Assembly: GCA_041742355.1 (NCBI GenBank)
Contig: JBGSIV010000030.1
Location: 1 to 31,681, forward strand
Length of the DNA: 31,681 nucleotides
Reading direction: 5' to 3'
From: Candidatus Zixiibacteriota bacterium
GTDB lineage: Bacteria > Zixibacteria > MSB-5A5 > GN15 > FEB-12
Shown here: piece by piece, positions 19,393-31,681 of the stretch
Numbering within the stretch: position 1 is the stretch's first letter
Layout: every line of letters starts with the position of its first letter
Translations under genes and position numbers: made by a program
Notes under the pieces: generated by a model
Told to the model about the DNA's origin: nothing
What the model saw: the letters and a program-made list of their open reading frames with translations, nothing else
The model's database searches: none

Positions 19393-20523
19393 CTAACGGG
19401 GCTGTACTTGCACTCTGGCGAGGCAGCGGTCAATCTCCCGGACAATTTTTGCGCCCACCACCGGCCATGTGTACCGTTCCTGCAGCGTGGCAAATCCGGC
19501 GCGGCCAAACCGCAGCGCCAGGCCGGGCTGGCTGATGACCTCGATCGCATGAGTGGCCAGCTTTTCGGCATTGCCCGGATCGACGACAAAACCGGTGCGG
19601 TCATGATCGATCATTTCGGGCATAGCATCGAGGGTGGATCCGATACACGGCAACTGGCAGGACATCGCCTCCAGGAAGACCTGGCCGAGCGGCTCGTTTC
19701 GCGACGGCATTACGAAGAGCGCGTGGTCGTAGTAGATGTCCCGGACACGGTTGCGATCGGCGATCCGCCCGAGGTAATCGACACCGGGTTGATCGATAGT
19801 CAAGTCGGTGGGGCCGATAATCGTAAGCCGGGCCTCGGGAACGGCGGCCCGGATCAGGGGAAACGCCTCGAGGACGGTATCGAGCCCTTTGCCATGGTAG
19901 CCTTTGCCCACGAAAAGGATCCGCTTCGAGTCGTAGGCGGGCAGGCGGTTTGGTTCCGGGCGGTCGTAGGGCGGGCTGACGCCGGCGCCCACGGTGACAA
20001 CATGATCGGGATCGATCCCGTAATCGAAGATAATCGACGACCGTGCATTCTCCGTAGTCGTCAGAACCACCGCCGCCTCCCGGTACAGCCGTTGCTCCTG
20101 CTCGAACCAGAAATCCTGCTCGCGCCCTTCGCGTCGCCGCCACTCGCCTCCCCGTCGTTTGGACAGCAGCGACGTGTAGTCGACGTGCAGGATGAGCGGG
20201 ACCGGGCTGGATCGGCCCAGCGGATTCCAGAGCGCCCCGACCTGGTAGATCGCATCGATCTCCTGCTGCCGCGCCTCCACATGGTACAGGGCCGCAGCCG
20301 ACTTGATCTTGAAAGCGGAAATAGTCGTGTGGTAATGTCGGTCCCGCCTGGTGCCCCAGCGCTTCCGATCCGGCGCAAAACTGGTCAGCGTGCACCAGAG
20401 CCGGAACCACGGTATCTCCAGGGAGATGCGCTCGATCGCCGGCCCCTGCGCCTCAATCGCGTCGAAAAACGAGGTCTCAAAACCGGAGAACACCCTGGCC
20501 GGGGATAATCCAAGCAGTCTCAT
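19393..20523 (-). CDS. Glycosyltransferase family 4 (GT-B)
   Basis: ILFVGK...KGLDTVLEAF, FVMPSRNEPLGQVFLEAMSCQLPCIGS (E-x7-E motif), TGFVVDPGN, YTW. Confidence 0.92.
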   Translation of the reverse strand: MRLLGLSPARVFSGFETSFFDAIEAQGPAIERISLEIPWFRLWCTLTSFAPDRKRWGTRRDRHYHTTISAFKIKSAAALYHVEARQQEIDAIYQVGALWNPLGRSSPVPLILHVDYTSLLSKRRGGEWRRREGREQDFWFEQEQRLYREAAVVLTTTENARSSIIFDYGIDPDHVVTVGAGVSPPYDRPEPNRLPAYDSKRILFVGKGYHGKGLDTVLEAFPLIRAAVPEARLTIIGPTDLTIDQPGVDYLGRIADRNRVRDIYYDHALFVMPSRNEPLGQVFLEAMSCQLPCIGSTLDAMPEMIDHDRTGFVVDPGNAEKLATHAIEVISQPGLALRFGRAGFATLQERYTWPVVGAKIVREIDRCLARVQVQPR

Positions 20524-20961
20524 ACCGTCTCAGTCATTTTTGGTCCGAGGGATCTTCGGTCAGGAGCTGCCGCCGGTGTTCAAGGGCACCGGTGTTTGGC
20601 CGTTACGATCTCCCGAGTCCGATCTTCCGAACCGCGTGTGTCGTTACGCAAGCTGTAGTTCGATCGCGGTCGCGCCGGTGAGTTCGGCGATGGTCACGGC
20701 CGCCGCAGAAGTGGTCATAAAGACCTGTTAGATCTAATTTACTCGCCCGGCTCAACGGCAGCAAGCTTCAATTCAACGGTCGGGCCGTTCTGCGCTGCGG
20801 GAGCGGCAGCCGGTGTCAGTCCCCCGGCCTGACGCCGGACGATGGGCCGCTCCTCCGGATCGAATGGGGCGGCTGCGGCCGCGTGCCGGCCGGTCTCCGT
20901 AAGGTCATGCCAATTCCGCACTTGAATACACCCCGTGGAAGCGGATATTTCCCCGCGCCGC

Positions 20962-20990
20962 TTGCGTTCCCCGGGCGCATGCCTTATCTT
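20962..20990 (+). promoter_or_regulatory. Probable sigma70 promoter of the mutase cluster
   Basis: TTGCGT - 17 nt - TATCTT, followed by TAAGGAG RBS and ATG 21029. Confidence 0.55.
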
Positions 20991-21028
20991 GCAGGCTTGA
21001 AACGAAAACCATAAGGAGAAACCCGGAT

Positions 21029-22726
21029 ATGTTCCTGAAGAAATTTCTCGACCAGATCAAGGACCACCGCAGCGAGTGGAACAAGACCGCCGAGAAGTAT
21101 CGCGCCCAGAAATCCATGCCCCGCTTCTTCACCGTGTCCGGCGTCGATATCGAGGATCTCTACACGCCCGACTCGATTCAGGGAACAGACAGCGATCAGT
21201 ACTTCTGGAACAACATCGGTTTCCCCGGCGAGTACCCCTACACCCGCGGCGTCCACCACACGCTCTACCGGACCAAGCTCTGGACCATGCGCCAGTTCGC
21301 CGGCATGGGCACCCCCCGCCAGACCAACGAACGCTTTCATTACATCCTGAAGAACGGCGGCACCGGCCTCTCGACCGCGTTTGATTTGCCCACCCTTATG
21401 GGCTACGACTCCGACCACGAGCGCTCGCTTGGCGAGGTCGGCAAGTGCGGTGTCGCGGTGGATACGCTCGCCGACATGGAGATCATCTTCGACGGCATCG
21501 ACCTCGGGCAGGTGTCGACCTCCATGACGATCAACTCCCCGGCCTCGGTGGTGCTGGCGATGTACCTCGCGGTCGCCGAAAAGCAGGGGGTGCCGTTTGA
21601 CAAGGTCAATGGAACGCTGCAGAACGATATCCTCAAGGAGTATATCGCGCAGAAGGAGTTCATCTACCCGCCGCGCCCGTCGCTGCGTCTGATCACCGAC
21701 ATGATCGCCTACTGCACGAAACACGTGCCGAAGTGGAACACGATCTCGATCTCCGGCTACCACATCCGCGAGGCCGGTTCGACCGCGGTGCAGGAGCTGG
21801 CGTTCACTATCGCCGACGGATTCCAGTATGTCGAATCGTGTCTCGAAGCGGGGATGAATATCGATGATTTCGCGCCCCGGCTGTCGTTCTTCTTCAACGC
21901 CCATTCGGATTTCTTCGAGGAGATAGCCAAGTACCGCGCCGCCCGGCGCATCTGGGCGCGTCACATGCGCGAGCGCTACGGCGCCAAAGACGAGAAGTCG
22001 TGGAAGCTGCGGTTCCATACGCAGACCGCCGGCGTCTCGCTCACCGCGCAGCAGCCGGAGAACAACATCGCCCGTGTCGCGATCCAGGGGCTCGGGGCGG
22101 TCCTCGGCGGGACGCAGTCGCTGCATACCAATTCGATGGACGAGACTCTCGCGCTGCCGAGCGAAAAGGCGGCCCGTATCGCCCTGCGCACGCAGCAGGT
22201 GATCGCTTATGAGACCGGTGTCGCCAACACGATCGATCCGTTGGCCGGTTCGTACTTTATCGAGGCTCTCACCGACCAGATGGAGGCGCAGGCCGAGGCC
22301 TACTTCAAAGAGATCAACGCCCGCGGCGGCGTCCTCAAATGCATCGAGGACGGCTACTTCCAGCAGGAAATTGCCCGCGCCGCGTACCGTCACCAGCAGG
22401 AGCTCGAACGCAACGAGCGGTTTATTGTCGGTGTGAACAAGTTCGAGATGGAAGATGAAGTGGTGGATATCCCGGTCCTTCGGATCGATCCGAAGATCGA
22501 GCGCGACCAGGTGGCGTTCCTTGCCAAAGTGAAATCCGAGCGCGACGCCGCCCGGGTCAAAGCGACCTTGGACAAGTTGCGTCAGGTCGCCCGGGGCAAC
22601 GGCAACACGTTCGAGGCACTGCTTGATTGCAGCCGGGCGTATGTCACGCTGGGCGAGATGTGCGATGTGTTGCGCGAGGAGTGGGGCGAGTGGGTGGAGT
22701 CGCAGGCGGCGATGATGCCGAGTTGA
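21029..22726 (+). CDS. B12-dependent acyl-CoA mutase, large (substrate-binding) subunit; methylmalonyl-CoA mutase family with isobutyryl-CoA-mutase (IcmA)-type residues
   Basis: [66 protein letters not shown]; no B12-binding domain (supplied by 24148..24567). Confidence 0.93.
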   Translation: MFLKKFLDQIKDHRSEWNKTAEKYRAQKSMPRFFTVSGVDIEDLYTPDSIQGTDSDQYFWNNIGFPGEYPYTRGVHHTLYRTKLWTMRQFAGMGTPRQTNERFHYILKNGGTGLSTAFDLPTLMGYDSDHERSLGEVGKCGVAVDTLADMEIIFDGIDLGQVSTSMTINSPASVVLAMYLAVAEKQGVPFDKVNGTLQNDILKEYIAQKEFIYPPRPSLRLITDMIAYCTKHVPKWNTISISGYHIREAGSTAVQELAFTIADGFQYVESCLEAGMNIDDFAPRLSFFFNAHSDFFEEIAKYRAARRIWARHMRERYGAKDEKSWKLRFHTQTAGVSLTAQQPENNIARVAIQGLGAVLGGTQSLHTNSMDETLALPSEKAARIALRTQQVIAYETGVANTIDPLAGSYFIEALTDQMEAQAEAYFKEINARGGVLKCIEDGYFQQEIARAAYRHQQELERNERFIVGVNKFEMEDEVVDIPVLRIDPKIERDQVAFLAKVKSERDAARVKATLDKLRQVARGNGNTFEALLDCSRAYVTLGEMCDVLREEWGEWVESQAAMMPS

Positions 22727-22737
22727 GGAGTTCAAGC

Positions 22738-24093
22738 ATGTCTGTATTCACGAAGGCGACATCCGAAATTACGTTTGCTGATATCGACGAACTAATGTCA
22801 GCTAAGACGCAAGAAGGATGGATGTTAGACTATAAGGGGGAGTGGATTGGTAACGATGAGATCGCCAAGTTAGTCTGCGCATTCGCGAACACATACGGTG
22901 GCTTGATAGTCTTCGGAATTGCAGAAGAGAAGGGGAAGAATACGCCAGGTGAGTTCACATGGTTCGAATGCCCCAAAGAGAATCTTGGTAGCAAAATCGA
23001 CAGCATCACTTGGGACAAGATTACGCCGCCAGTCTTTTGTGAGACAAAGGTAGTTGGGAGTGCAGATGGAAAGCACTGGGTATTTGTGGTGCGTGTCCCG
23101 GAGAGCGATCTCACCCCACATGCTGTTATGGGTAATCGCCGAGTGTATTACGTGAAGGTTAATGAACAGAAGAGGCCATTCCCTGAAGAAGCTGATCTTG
23201 ATGAACAGCAATGGTTACTGGCTCGCAGAGCCAAACATGAGTCTTTGAGAAGGCGGATGTGTCGCTCGGCACTCTCACACGCTGCCACATTTGGATCGGA
23301 CACCCTCAGAGATCAATGTCGAATAGAGACAGTTATTTGCCCCAGATATCCAAGAGAGAGACTCATTGGTCTTGGCGACTTGTACGGGTTCCTCAGTCAG
23401 AAGCTCTTGGAGTATCGTGAGTTGAATAACGCTCTCTTCGACATGCGCCATAAGCTAATTCCAGTCAACGACGGGTTCATTCTGTGGTGGGAGTCCCCGG
23501 CTCTTCACTATCAAGTTGAGTTTAATGTCTATGGCCTATGTCACTTTCGTCATGCATTGCAGAGGTACCAGGACCATCCTGATGATTCGGAGGAGTGGAT
23601 TTACCCTACCGAGATAGCTCGCTTAGCTTACCACGGGCTCCTTTTGCCTATTCATATTCTGGAGGGATGCGGTTATAGGGGGAGTCTACTGGCGTCTATG
23701 AGAGCCACTGGCCTGGATCAATCCTATATGCGAAGTGGGACTTCCTATAGTGACAAAGAACCACAGCATGTAACGCAGTGCCGTATCAGTGAACCAGTAA
23801 CTATCGCTCAAGTGTTGCCTTTCGGAAACACTAGGGCGTCTGCAAGATTGTTCATTCACGCTTTTCTCTCAAAAGTGTTCCACATCTTTGATGTTTTGCT
23901 CGACGCCCCCGGCTCCGCAACAAACTTGTTGCAGAGGACGTTGGCTGACTCCCAACTGCAAGATCTTCCGATCGACAGCCATGTTCTGCCGATGTTTGAC
24001 GATCCGGAATTCGGGATCGAGACATTTGGCGATCTGTCGGAAAGGTCGGCAAAGGACAACAGAGAGATCAGAAAGCTGTCCATGAAGGATTAG
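22738..24093 (+). CDS. Schlafen/AlbA_2 domain protein with an unrecognised C-terminal region
   Basis: GAGGAG before ATG 22738; EGWMLDYK, IAKLVCAFANTYGGLIVFGIAE, VVRVPESDLTPH..YYVK are AlbA_2 hallmarks. GC lower than the flanks (28/60 at 22801-22860). Confidence 0.82.
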   Translation: MSVFTKATSEITFADIDELMSAKTQEGWMLDYKGEWIGNDEIAKLVCAFANTYGGLIVFGIAEEKGKNTPGEFTWFECPKENLGSKIDSITWDKITPPVFCETKVVGSADGKHWVFVVRVPESDLTPHAVMGNRRVYYVKVNEQKRPFPEEADLDEQQWLLARRAKHESLRRRMCRSALSHAATFGSDTLRDQCRIETVICPRYPRERLIGLGDLYGFLSQKLLEYRELNNALFDMRHKLIPVNDGFILWWESPALHYQVEFNVYGLCHFRHALQRYQDHPDDSEEWIYPTEIARLAYHGLLLPIHILEGCGYRGSLLASMRATGLDQSYMRSGTSYSDKEPQHVTQCRISEPVTIAQVLPFGNTRASARLFIHAFLSKVFHIFDVLLDAPGSATNLLQRTLADSQLQDLPIDSHVLPMFDDPEFGIETFGDLSERSAKDNREIRKLSMKD

Positions 24094-24147
24094 CAAGAAT
24101 GCACTCTGCTTTGATAGCAGGAGAACCTTTACGCAATTGAGTTGAAT

Positions 24148-24567
24148 ATGCCAGACAAAATCCGTGTCCTGTTAGCCAAACCCGGCCTCGACGGCCACGA
24201 CCGCGGCATCAAAGTTATCGCCGCGGCCCTCCGCGACGCCGGCATGGAAGTCATCTACACCGGCCTGCGCCAGACCCCGCCGATGATTGTCGACGCCGCT
24301 GTGCAGGAAGATGTCGACGCGATCGGCGTGTCGATTCTCTCCGGGGCGCACATGACGTTGTTCCCGGCGATCCTCGATGAAATGAAGAAGAAAGGCGCCG
24401 GCGACATCATTCTTTTCGGCGGCGGCATTATCCCCGAAGACGACAAGGCCGAGCTCGAGAAACTCGGTGTCGGGCGGGTGTTCACCCCCGGCGCCCCGAC
24501 CGAAGCCGCGATCCAGTATCTTCGCGAGGCGGTCGCGAAGAAGAAGAAGGACGAGAAGATCATGTAG
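24148..24567 (+). CDS. Cobalamin-binding small subunit of the acyl-CoA mutase (IcmB / MCM C-terminal-domain type)
   Basis: [11 protein letters not shown] (DxHxxG), [33 protein letters not shown]. Confidence 0.95.
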   Translation: MPDKIRVLLAKPGLDGHDRGIKVIAAALRDAGMEVIYTGLRQTPPMIVDAAVQEDVDAIGVSILSGAHMTLFPAILDEMKKKGAGDIILFGGGIIPEDDKAELEKLGVGRVFTPGAPTEAAIQYLREAVAKKKKDEKIM

Positions 24568-24570
24568 TCT

Positions 24571-25168
24571 CGCACATGGTGTCAGGTGGGGACACCCGAC
24601 ACCACGTGCGAGTCGTCGGTAGAGAGTAGCCCACAGCTTGCTGTGGGATCGGCTGGAAGAACAGGTAGGCATAACGAGTAGGGCAGGAGTCCCCAGACTC
24701 CTGCCACCGTCACCCTTCGACTCCGCTCAGGGTGACGGAGTGGTAGGTCGGGGTGACGGAGTGGTAGGTCAAACACGGCTTTGCGTGTTTGACGGAGGTA
24801 GAGGAAGATTGACAATGTCAAGCACCGAGACCGGTGCTTGACCTACCAGGAATCCGTGTAACGGCGTTATTTTCGGAGGTAGGTCAAACACGGCTTTGCG
24901 TGTTTGACGTGAAGAAGAGAACGGGGCGGAGACAAGCCCCGCCCCTACGCGGCAGATGAGGACGCGGCAGAAGAGGACATCGGCCGCGCACGGAGCCCAC
25001 CATAAATGGTGGGGCACAAAACGCGGCAGACGTCCTCATCGGCCGTGCACGGAGCCCACCATGACGCGCACGGAGCCCACCATGAATGGTGGGGCACAGA
25101 CAGGAAGAAGACAAGGACTGGATTCCGGCCCCGGGTCAAGCCCGGGGCAGGCTTTTCGCCGGGATGAC
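24571..25168. repeat. Mosaic of REP-like palindromes (BIME-like), copy 1
   Basis: Ordered hairpins: CCCACAG/CTGTGGG; GGCAGGAGTC/GACTCCTGCC; GTCACCCT..AGGGTGAC; GTCAAACACG/CGTGTTTGAC (x2); GTCAAGCACCG/CGGTGCTTGAC; GGGGCGG..CCGCCCC; CCCACCAT/ATGGTGGG (x2); ATTCCGGC..GCCGGGATGAC. Confidence 0.88.
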
Positions 25169-25246
25169 ATGAATTGGACGATTGATTCGAATAACGACAA
25201 CAACATCGACAACGCGAATACAAGAATTACCCGTTAGGGAGGATCC

Positions 25247-26392
25247 ATGAACAAGAATATCGACGATCGCCAGCAGGCGGTCCGCGACCAGGTCAAGGCC
25301 TTCGCCGAGAAAGAAATGTACCCGGTCACCCGCGAACTCGACCAGATGCCCGAACCGCGGAAATTCCCGGTCGAGCTCTACCGCAAGATCGGCGGCGCCG
25401 GATTCATCGGCTACGCCATGCCCAAGGAACTGGGCGGCTGCGGCAAGTCGCACCTGGAGTACATCACGCTCATTGAAGAGCTTTGCTATCACGATCCGGG
25501 CATCGGCCTCCTGTGCGCGGTCGGCGAACTGGCCACCCACCCGATCGTGACTTTCGGCAGCGAGGAGCAGAAGAAGAAGTACGTGCCCGACTGCGCCGCC
25601 GGCAAGCGCATCCCCGCGTTCGTGCTGACCGAGCCGAATGCCGGTTCCGATGCCGCCAACCAGCAGACCGAGGCGGTCGAGGGCGACGGCGGGTACATTG
25701 TCAACGGCGAGAAGATCTTCATCATGCACGGCGACGCCGCCGACCTGGCGGTGCTCTTCTGCAAGATCAAGGACAAGCCGAAGATGTCCGCGTTTATCGT
25801 CGACGACTGCAAGCAGAAGGGCTGGCAGGCGCGCACGCTCAAGCAGAAGATGGGGATGCGGGCGGCGACCACCGGCGGCATCATTCTCAAGGATGTGTTT
25901 GTTCCGAAAGACGCCCTCCTCGGCGAAATCGGCAAGGGCTTCCGCTACGCTATGACGACGCTCGACAGCGCCCGTGTCGGCGTGGCCGCCCAGGGTGTCG
26001 GTATCGCCCAGCGCATGCTCGACGAATCGGTGTCCTACTCGAAGAAGCGCGAGGCGTTCGGCGCCCCGATCGCCAAGCTGCAGGCGATCCAGTGGATGAT
26101 CGCCGACATGGCCACCCGCCTGGCCGCCGCGCGGCATCTGGCCTACCACGCCGCGAAGCTGCAGGATGCCGGTACGCCGTTCGGTCTCGAGGCCTCCATG
26201 GCGAAGCTGTACTGCTCGGAAGCGGCCAATTTCTGCTGCGACCGCGCGATGCAGATCCACGGCGGCTACGGTTACATCGGCGAATTCTCGCACATCGAGA
26301 AGTTCTATCGCGACCAGCGCGTCCTGGAAATCTACGAGGGCACCTCGGAAGTCCAGCGCCTCGTGATCGCCGGTAGCGTCATCGGACGGTAA
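25247..26392 (+). CDS. Acyl-CoA dehydrogenase (short/branched-chain, butyryl-CoA dehydrogenase-like)
   Basis: AFVLTEPNAGSDA, VNGEKIFI, KMGMRA, REAFGAPI, QIHGGYGY, catalytic IYEGTSEVQR. GGGAGG RBS. Confidence 0.95.
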   Translation: MNKNIDDRQQAVRDQVKAFAEKEMYPVTRELDQMPEPRKFPVELYRKIGGAGFIGYAMPKELGGCGKSHLEYITLIEELCYHDPGIGLLCAVGELATHPIVTFGSEEQKKKYVPDCAAGKRIPAFVLTEPNAGSDAANQQTEAVEGDGGYIVNGEKIFIMHGDAADLAVLFCKIKDKPKMSAFIVDDCKQKGWQARTLKQKMGMRAATTGGIILKDVFVPKDALLGEIGKGFRYAMTTLDSARVGVAAQGVGIAQRMLDESVSYSKKREAFGAPIAKLQAIQWMIADMATRLAAARHLAYHAAKLQDAGTPFGLEASMAKLYCSEAANFCCDRAMQIHGGYGYIGEFSHIEKFYRDQRVLEIYEGTSEVQRLVIAGSVIGR

Positions 26393-27223
26393 ATGCGCTT
26401 CGGAACGTTTGAAATAACTCCCTTCGTCGAGCGGGCATTCCGGCTCGACGGAGGGAGTATGTTTGGGGTGATCCCCAAGACGATGTGGCAGAAACTGCTT
26501 CCGGCCGACGAGAACAACCTCATTCCCATGGTCACCAACCTCTTTGTCCTCCGCGCCAACAGCCGGACGCTGCTTTTCGACGCCGGGCTGGGCGACTCGC
26601 TCACCGAGCGGGAGGAGAGGATCTACGGCACCGTGGGGCAGTCGCGCATGAACGAGGGGCTGGCCGAAGCGGGGGTGACTCCCGACGATATCGACGCCGT
26701 CATCCTCACCCACTTGCACACCGACCACTGCGCCGGAGCGGTGCGGAGCGAGGGAGATCGGTTCGTGCCGCGTTTTCCGAATGCGACCGTGATCGCCAGC
26801 CGCCGCGAGTGGCAGGCGGCGATGGAGCCGAATGAACGGACGGCGGCGGTTTATATTCCCGAGCGGTTGCAGGCGATCGATGATTCGGGCCGCCTCGAAC
26901 TGATCGATACCGATACCGAGCTGTTCCCGGGTGTTCGCGCGGTGCATACCGGCGGCCACAGCGACGGACATCTCGGTCTCGAGATCGAATCGGGCGGGCA
27001 GAAGGTCTGGTACCATGCCGACATTTATCCGACGAGCGCTCATCTGCGGACCGCCTATATTCCCGCCACCGATTTGTACCCGCTCGATACGATGGCGGTC
27101 AAGCGCGCGCTCCTGCCGCGGATTATCGGGGAACAGGTGGTGCTGGCGTTCGACCACGATACGAGGATGCCGCTGGCGCGAATAACGATGGATGGGAAGA
27201 ACCCGGTAGCAATACCGGTGTGA
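26393..27223 (+). CDS. Metallo-beta-lactamase-fold hydrolase (YtnP-like)
   Basis: FRLDGGSMFGVIPK, THLHTDHCAG (HxHxDH), TGGHSDGH, FDHD; starts immediately after the upstream TAA. Confidence 0.9.
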   Translation: MRFGTFEITPFVERAFRLDGGSMFGVIPKTMWQKLLPADENNLIPMVTNLFVLRANSRTLLFDAGLGDSLTEREERIYGTVGQSRMNEGLAEAGVTPDDIDAVILTHLHTDHCAGAVRSEGDRFVPRFPNATVIASRREWQAAMEPNERTAAVYIPERLQAIDDSGRLELIDTDTELFPGVRAVHTGGHSDGHLGLEIESGGQKVWYHADIYPTSAHLRTAYIPATDLYPLDTMAVKRALLPRIIGEQVVLAFDHDTRMPLARITMDGKNPVAIPV

Positions 27224-27233
27224 CAAAAAGGTG

Positions 27234-27642
27234 GCCCACCATTTATGGTGGGGTAGAGAGTAGCCCACAGCTTGCTGTGGGATCGGCAGGAAAAACAGGT
27301 AGGGAGAACGAGTAGGGCAGGAGTCCCCAGACTCCTGCCACCGTCACCCTTCGACTCCGCTCAGGGTGACGGAGATAGAGAGATTGACAATGTCAAGCAC
27401 CGAGACCGGTGCTTGACCTACCGCCGAAATCCATGGTAGGTCAAACACGGCTTTGCGTGTTTGACATGGGAAAGTGCGAGGGGCGGAGACAAGCCCCGCC
27501 CCTACGCGGCAGATGCAGATGCGGCAGATGTGGACATCTGCCGCGCACGGACCCACCATGACGTGCACGGAGCCCACCATGAATGGTGGGGCACAAACAG
27601 GAAGAAGATAAAGGCATGGATTCCGGCTTTCGCCGGAATGAC
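27234..27642. repeat. Mosaic of REP-like palindromes (BIME-like), copy 2
   Basis: Same modules in the same order and orientation as 24618-25168, e.g. 27252-27374 matches 24618-24740 and 27381-27422 matches 24806-24847; ends TGGATTCCGGCTTTCGCCGGAATGAC. Confidence 0.88.
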
Positions 27643-27695
27643 AGTATCTGAGGGTTAGTCTAGGCCAAAGGGTTGTGTTAGGCCAGATACGGATC

Positions 27696-27747
27696 GATGA
27701 AGATTGCTGAGATGAAAACTGCTGAGATGAAAATCGCTGAGACGAAA
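27696..27747. repeat. 15-bp tandem repeat (3.5 copies)
   Basis: GATGAAGATTGCTGA GATGAAAACTGCTGA GATGAAAATCGCTGA GACGAAA. Confidence 0.8.
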
Positions 27748-27760
27748 TAGAGAACACGCC

Positions 27761-29311
<1,551 letters not shown>

Positions 29312-29322
29312 GGGAGAGGATT

Positions 29323-30228
29323 ATGGCAATACCGTATTACAACGACATTATGAAGCCCGCCCTGTGCATACTGGGTGATGGCAAGCAACGTATTGCAGCG
29401 GAGATAACAGAGTCGTTAGCTGATCACTTTCACCTTACTGAAGAAGAGAGAGTTGAATTACTTCCCAGCGAGCAAGACCTGAAATTCCGCAACCGCGTCA
29501 GATGGGCACTTGTCTACCTCGAGAAATCTGCTTTGGTAAACAGGCCAGCAAGAGGCATCTACGAGATCTCAGAACGGGGCAAGAAGGTGCTGAAGGATAA
29601 TCCCGCTAAGATCACTGACCAGTTCTTGATGCAGTTCCCCGAGTTCCAGAAATTCAAGAAAGCGAAGCCAACGGATTCCGAACCTACTCCTACAGAGGTA
29701 GTGTCGTCAACTACTCCCCAGGAACGATTGGAAGCCGCATATGCCGAACTGAGTGATACACTTGCTGCAGACCTCCTTGACAGGCTGAAAAAGCAGACGC
29801 CAAGGTTTTTTGAGAGTGCAGTCATTGACCTATTGGTACGCATGGGCTACGGCGGCAATCGAACTGATGCTGCGCGAGCTGTGGGGCGGAGCAGAGACGG
29901 AGGAATCGACGGGATTATTCGTCAGGACCGTCTTGGATTGGATGTTGTTTACGTGCAGGCCAAGCGATGGGAAAACACAGTAGGTGAACCCACAGTCAGA
30001 GACTTCTCCGGAAGCCTTGATCGCGTAAGGGCGAAGCGAGGCATTTTCATCACTACATCGAAATTCTCCTCCGACGCGCAGGACTTCGTTCGTCAGATCG
30101 AGAAGAAGATTGTGCTAATTGACGGGGAGACTTTGGCTCAGTATATGATCGAATTTGATTTGGGCGTTTCACCTAACAAGGCCTACACAGTGAAGCGAAT
30201 TGATGAAGACTACTTCACCGAGGAATAG
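29323..30228 (+). CDS. mrr: Mrr-family type IV restriction endonuclease
   Basis: N-terminal MAIPYY..MKPAL winged helix with FRNRVRWA..YL; catalytic FFE..VIDLL..MGY, DGGIDG, YVQAKRW, GIFITTSKFS, IVLIDG, IDEDYF. Low GC (23/60 at 29401-29460). Confidence 0.93.
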   Translation: MAIPYYNDIMKPALCILGDGKQRIAAEITESLADHFHLTEEERVELLPSEQDLKFRNRVRWALVYLEKSALVNRPARGIYEISERGKKVLKDNPAKITDQFLMQFPEFQKFKKAKPTDSEPTPTEVVSSTTPQERLEAAYAELSDTLAADLLDRLKKQTPRFFESAVIDLLVRMGYGGNRTDAARAVGRSRDGGIDGIIRQDRLGLDVVYVQAKRWENTVGEPTVRDFSGSLDRVRAKRGIFITTSKFSSDAQDFVRQIEKKIVLIDGETLAQYMIEFDLGVSPNKAYTVKRIDEDYFTEE

Positions 30229-30237
30229 GACGAACTG

Positions 30238-31681
<1,444 letters not shown>

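Noticed and set aside
20644..20921. Two small minus-strand ORFs upstream of the GT4 gene with similar ends (..TVELKLA.. and ..AIELQLA*)
   Set aside because: No clear RBS and the similarity is too short to distinguish from chance.
20920..21028. Cobalamin riboswitch upstream of the B12 mutase
   Set aside because: No B12-box or GGGAA/GCCACTG-type motifs; the predicted promoter leaves only a ~30-nt leader.
22627..22737. ORF-track N-terminal extension of the AlbA_2 gene
   Set aside because: Overlaps the mutase 3' end; ATG 22738 has a GAGGAG RBS and begins at the composition shift.

Overview
High-GC bacterial window, most likely candidate phylum Zixibacteria (inferred from the characteristic Cys-flanked C-terminal dockerin-like domains, not from a search). 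Left: two tandem ~1100-aa secreted Asp-box (beta-propeller-like) paralogs with dockerin-like tails, a nitrilase-family gene, a degenerate HD + P-loop kinase gene and a third dockerin protein. Middle: tRNA-Ile2(CAT), tRNA-Val(CAC), a coiled-coil/C4 Zn-ribbon gene, guaB, rnpB, recJ, meaB, then a fourth dockerin protein (papain-like peptidase + PKD + cohesin-like) split by one in-frame TAG, a cluster of palindromic/tandem repeats and a GT4 glycosyltransferase. Right: an acyl-CoA gene cluster. It contains a split B12 mutase with isobutyryl-CoA-mutase-type residues F90/Q208, acyl-CoA dehydrogenase, an MBL hydrolase, carboxyltransferase and biotin carboxylase. It is interrupted by two solitary low-GC defence-type genes (Schlafen/AlbA_2, Mrr) and two copies of an ordered REP-like palindrome mosaic. 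Best candidates for new biology: a non-cellulosomal cohesin-dockerin surface system, a conserved uORF-containing leader on the tandem paralogs, defence genes embedded in a metabolic cluster, and a putative attenuator upstream of the Zn-ribbon/guaB genes.
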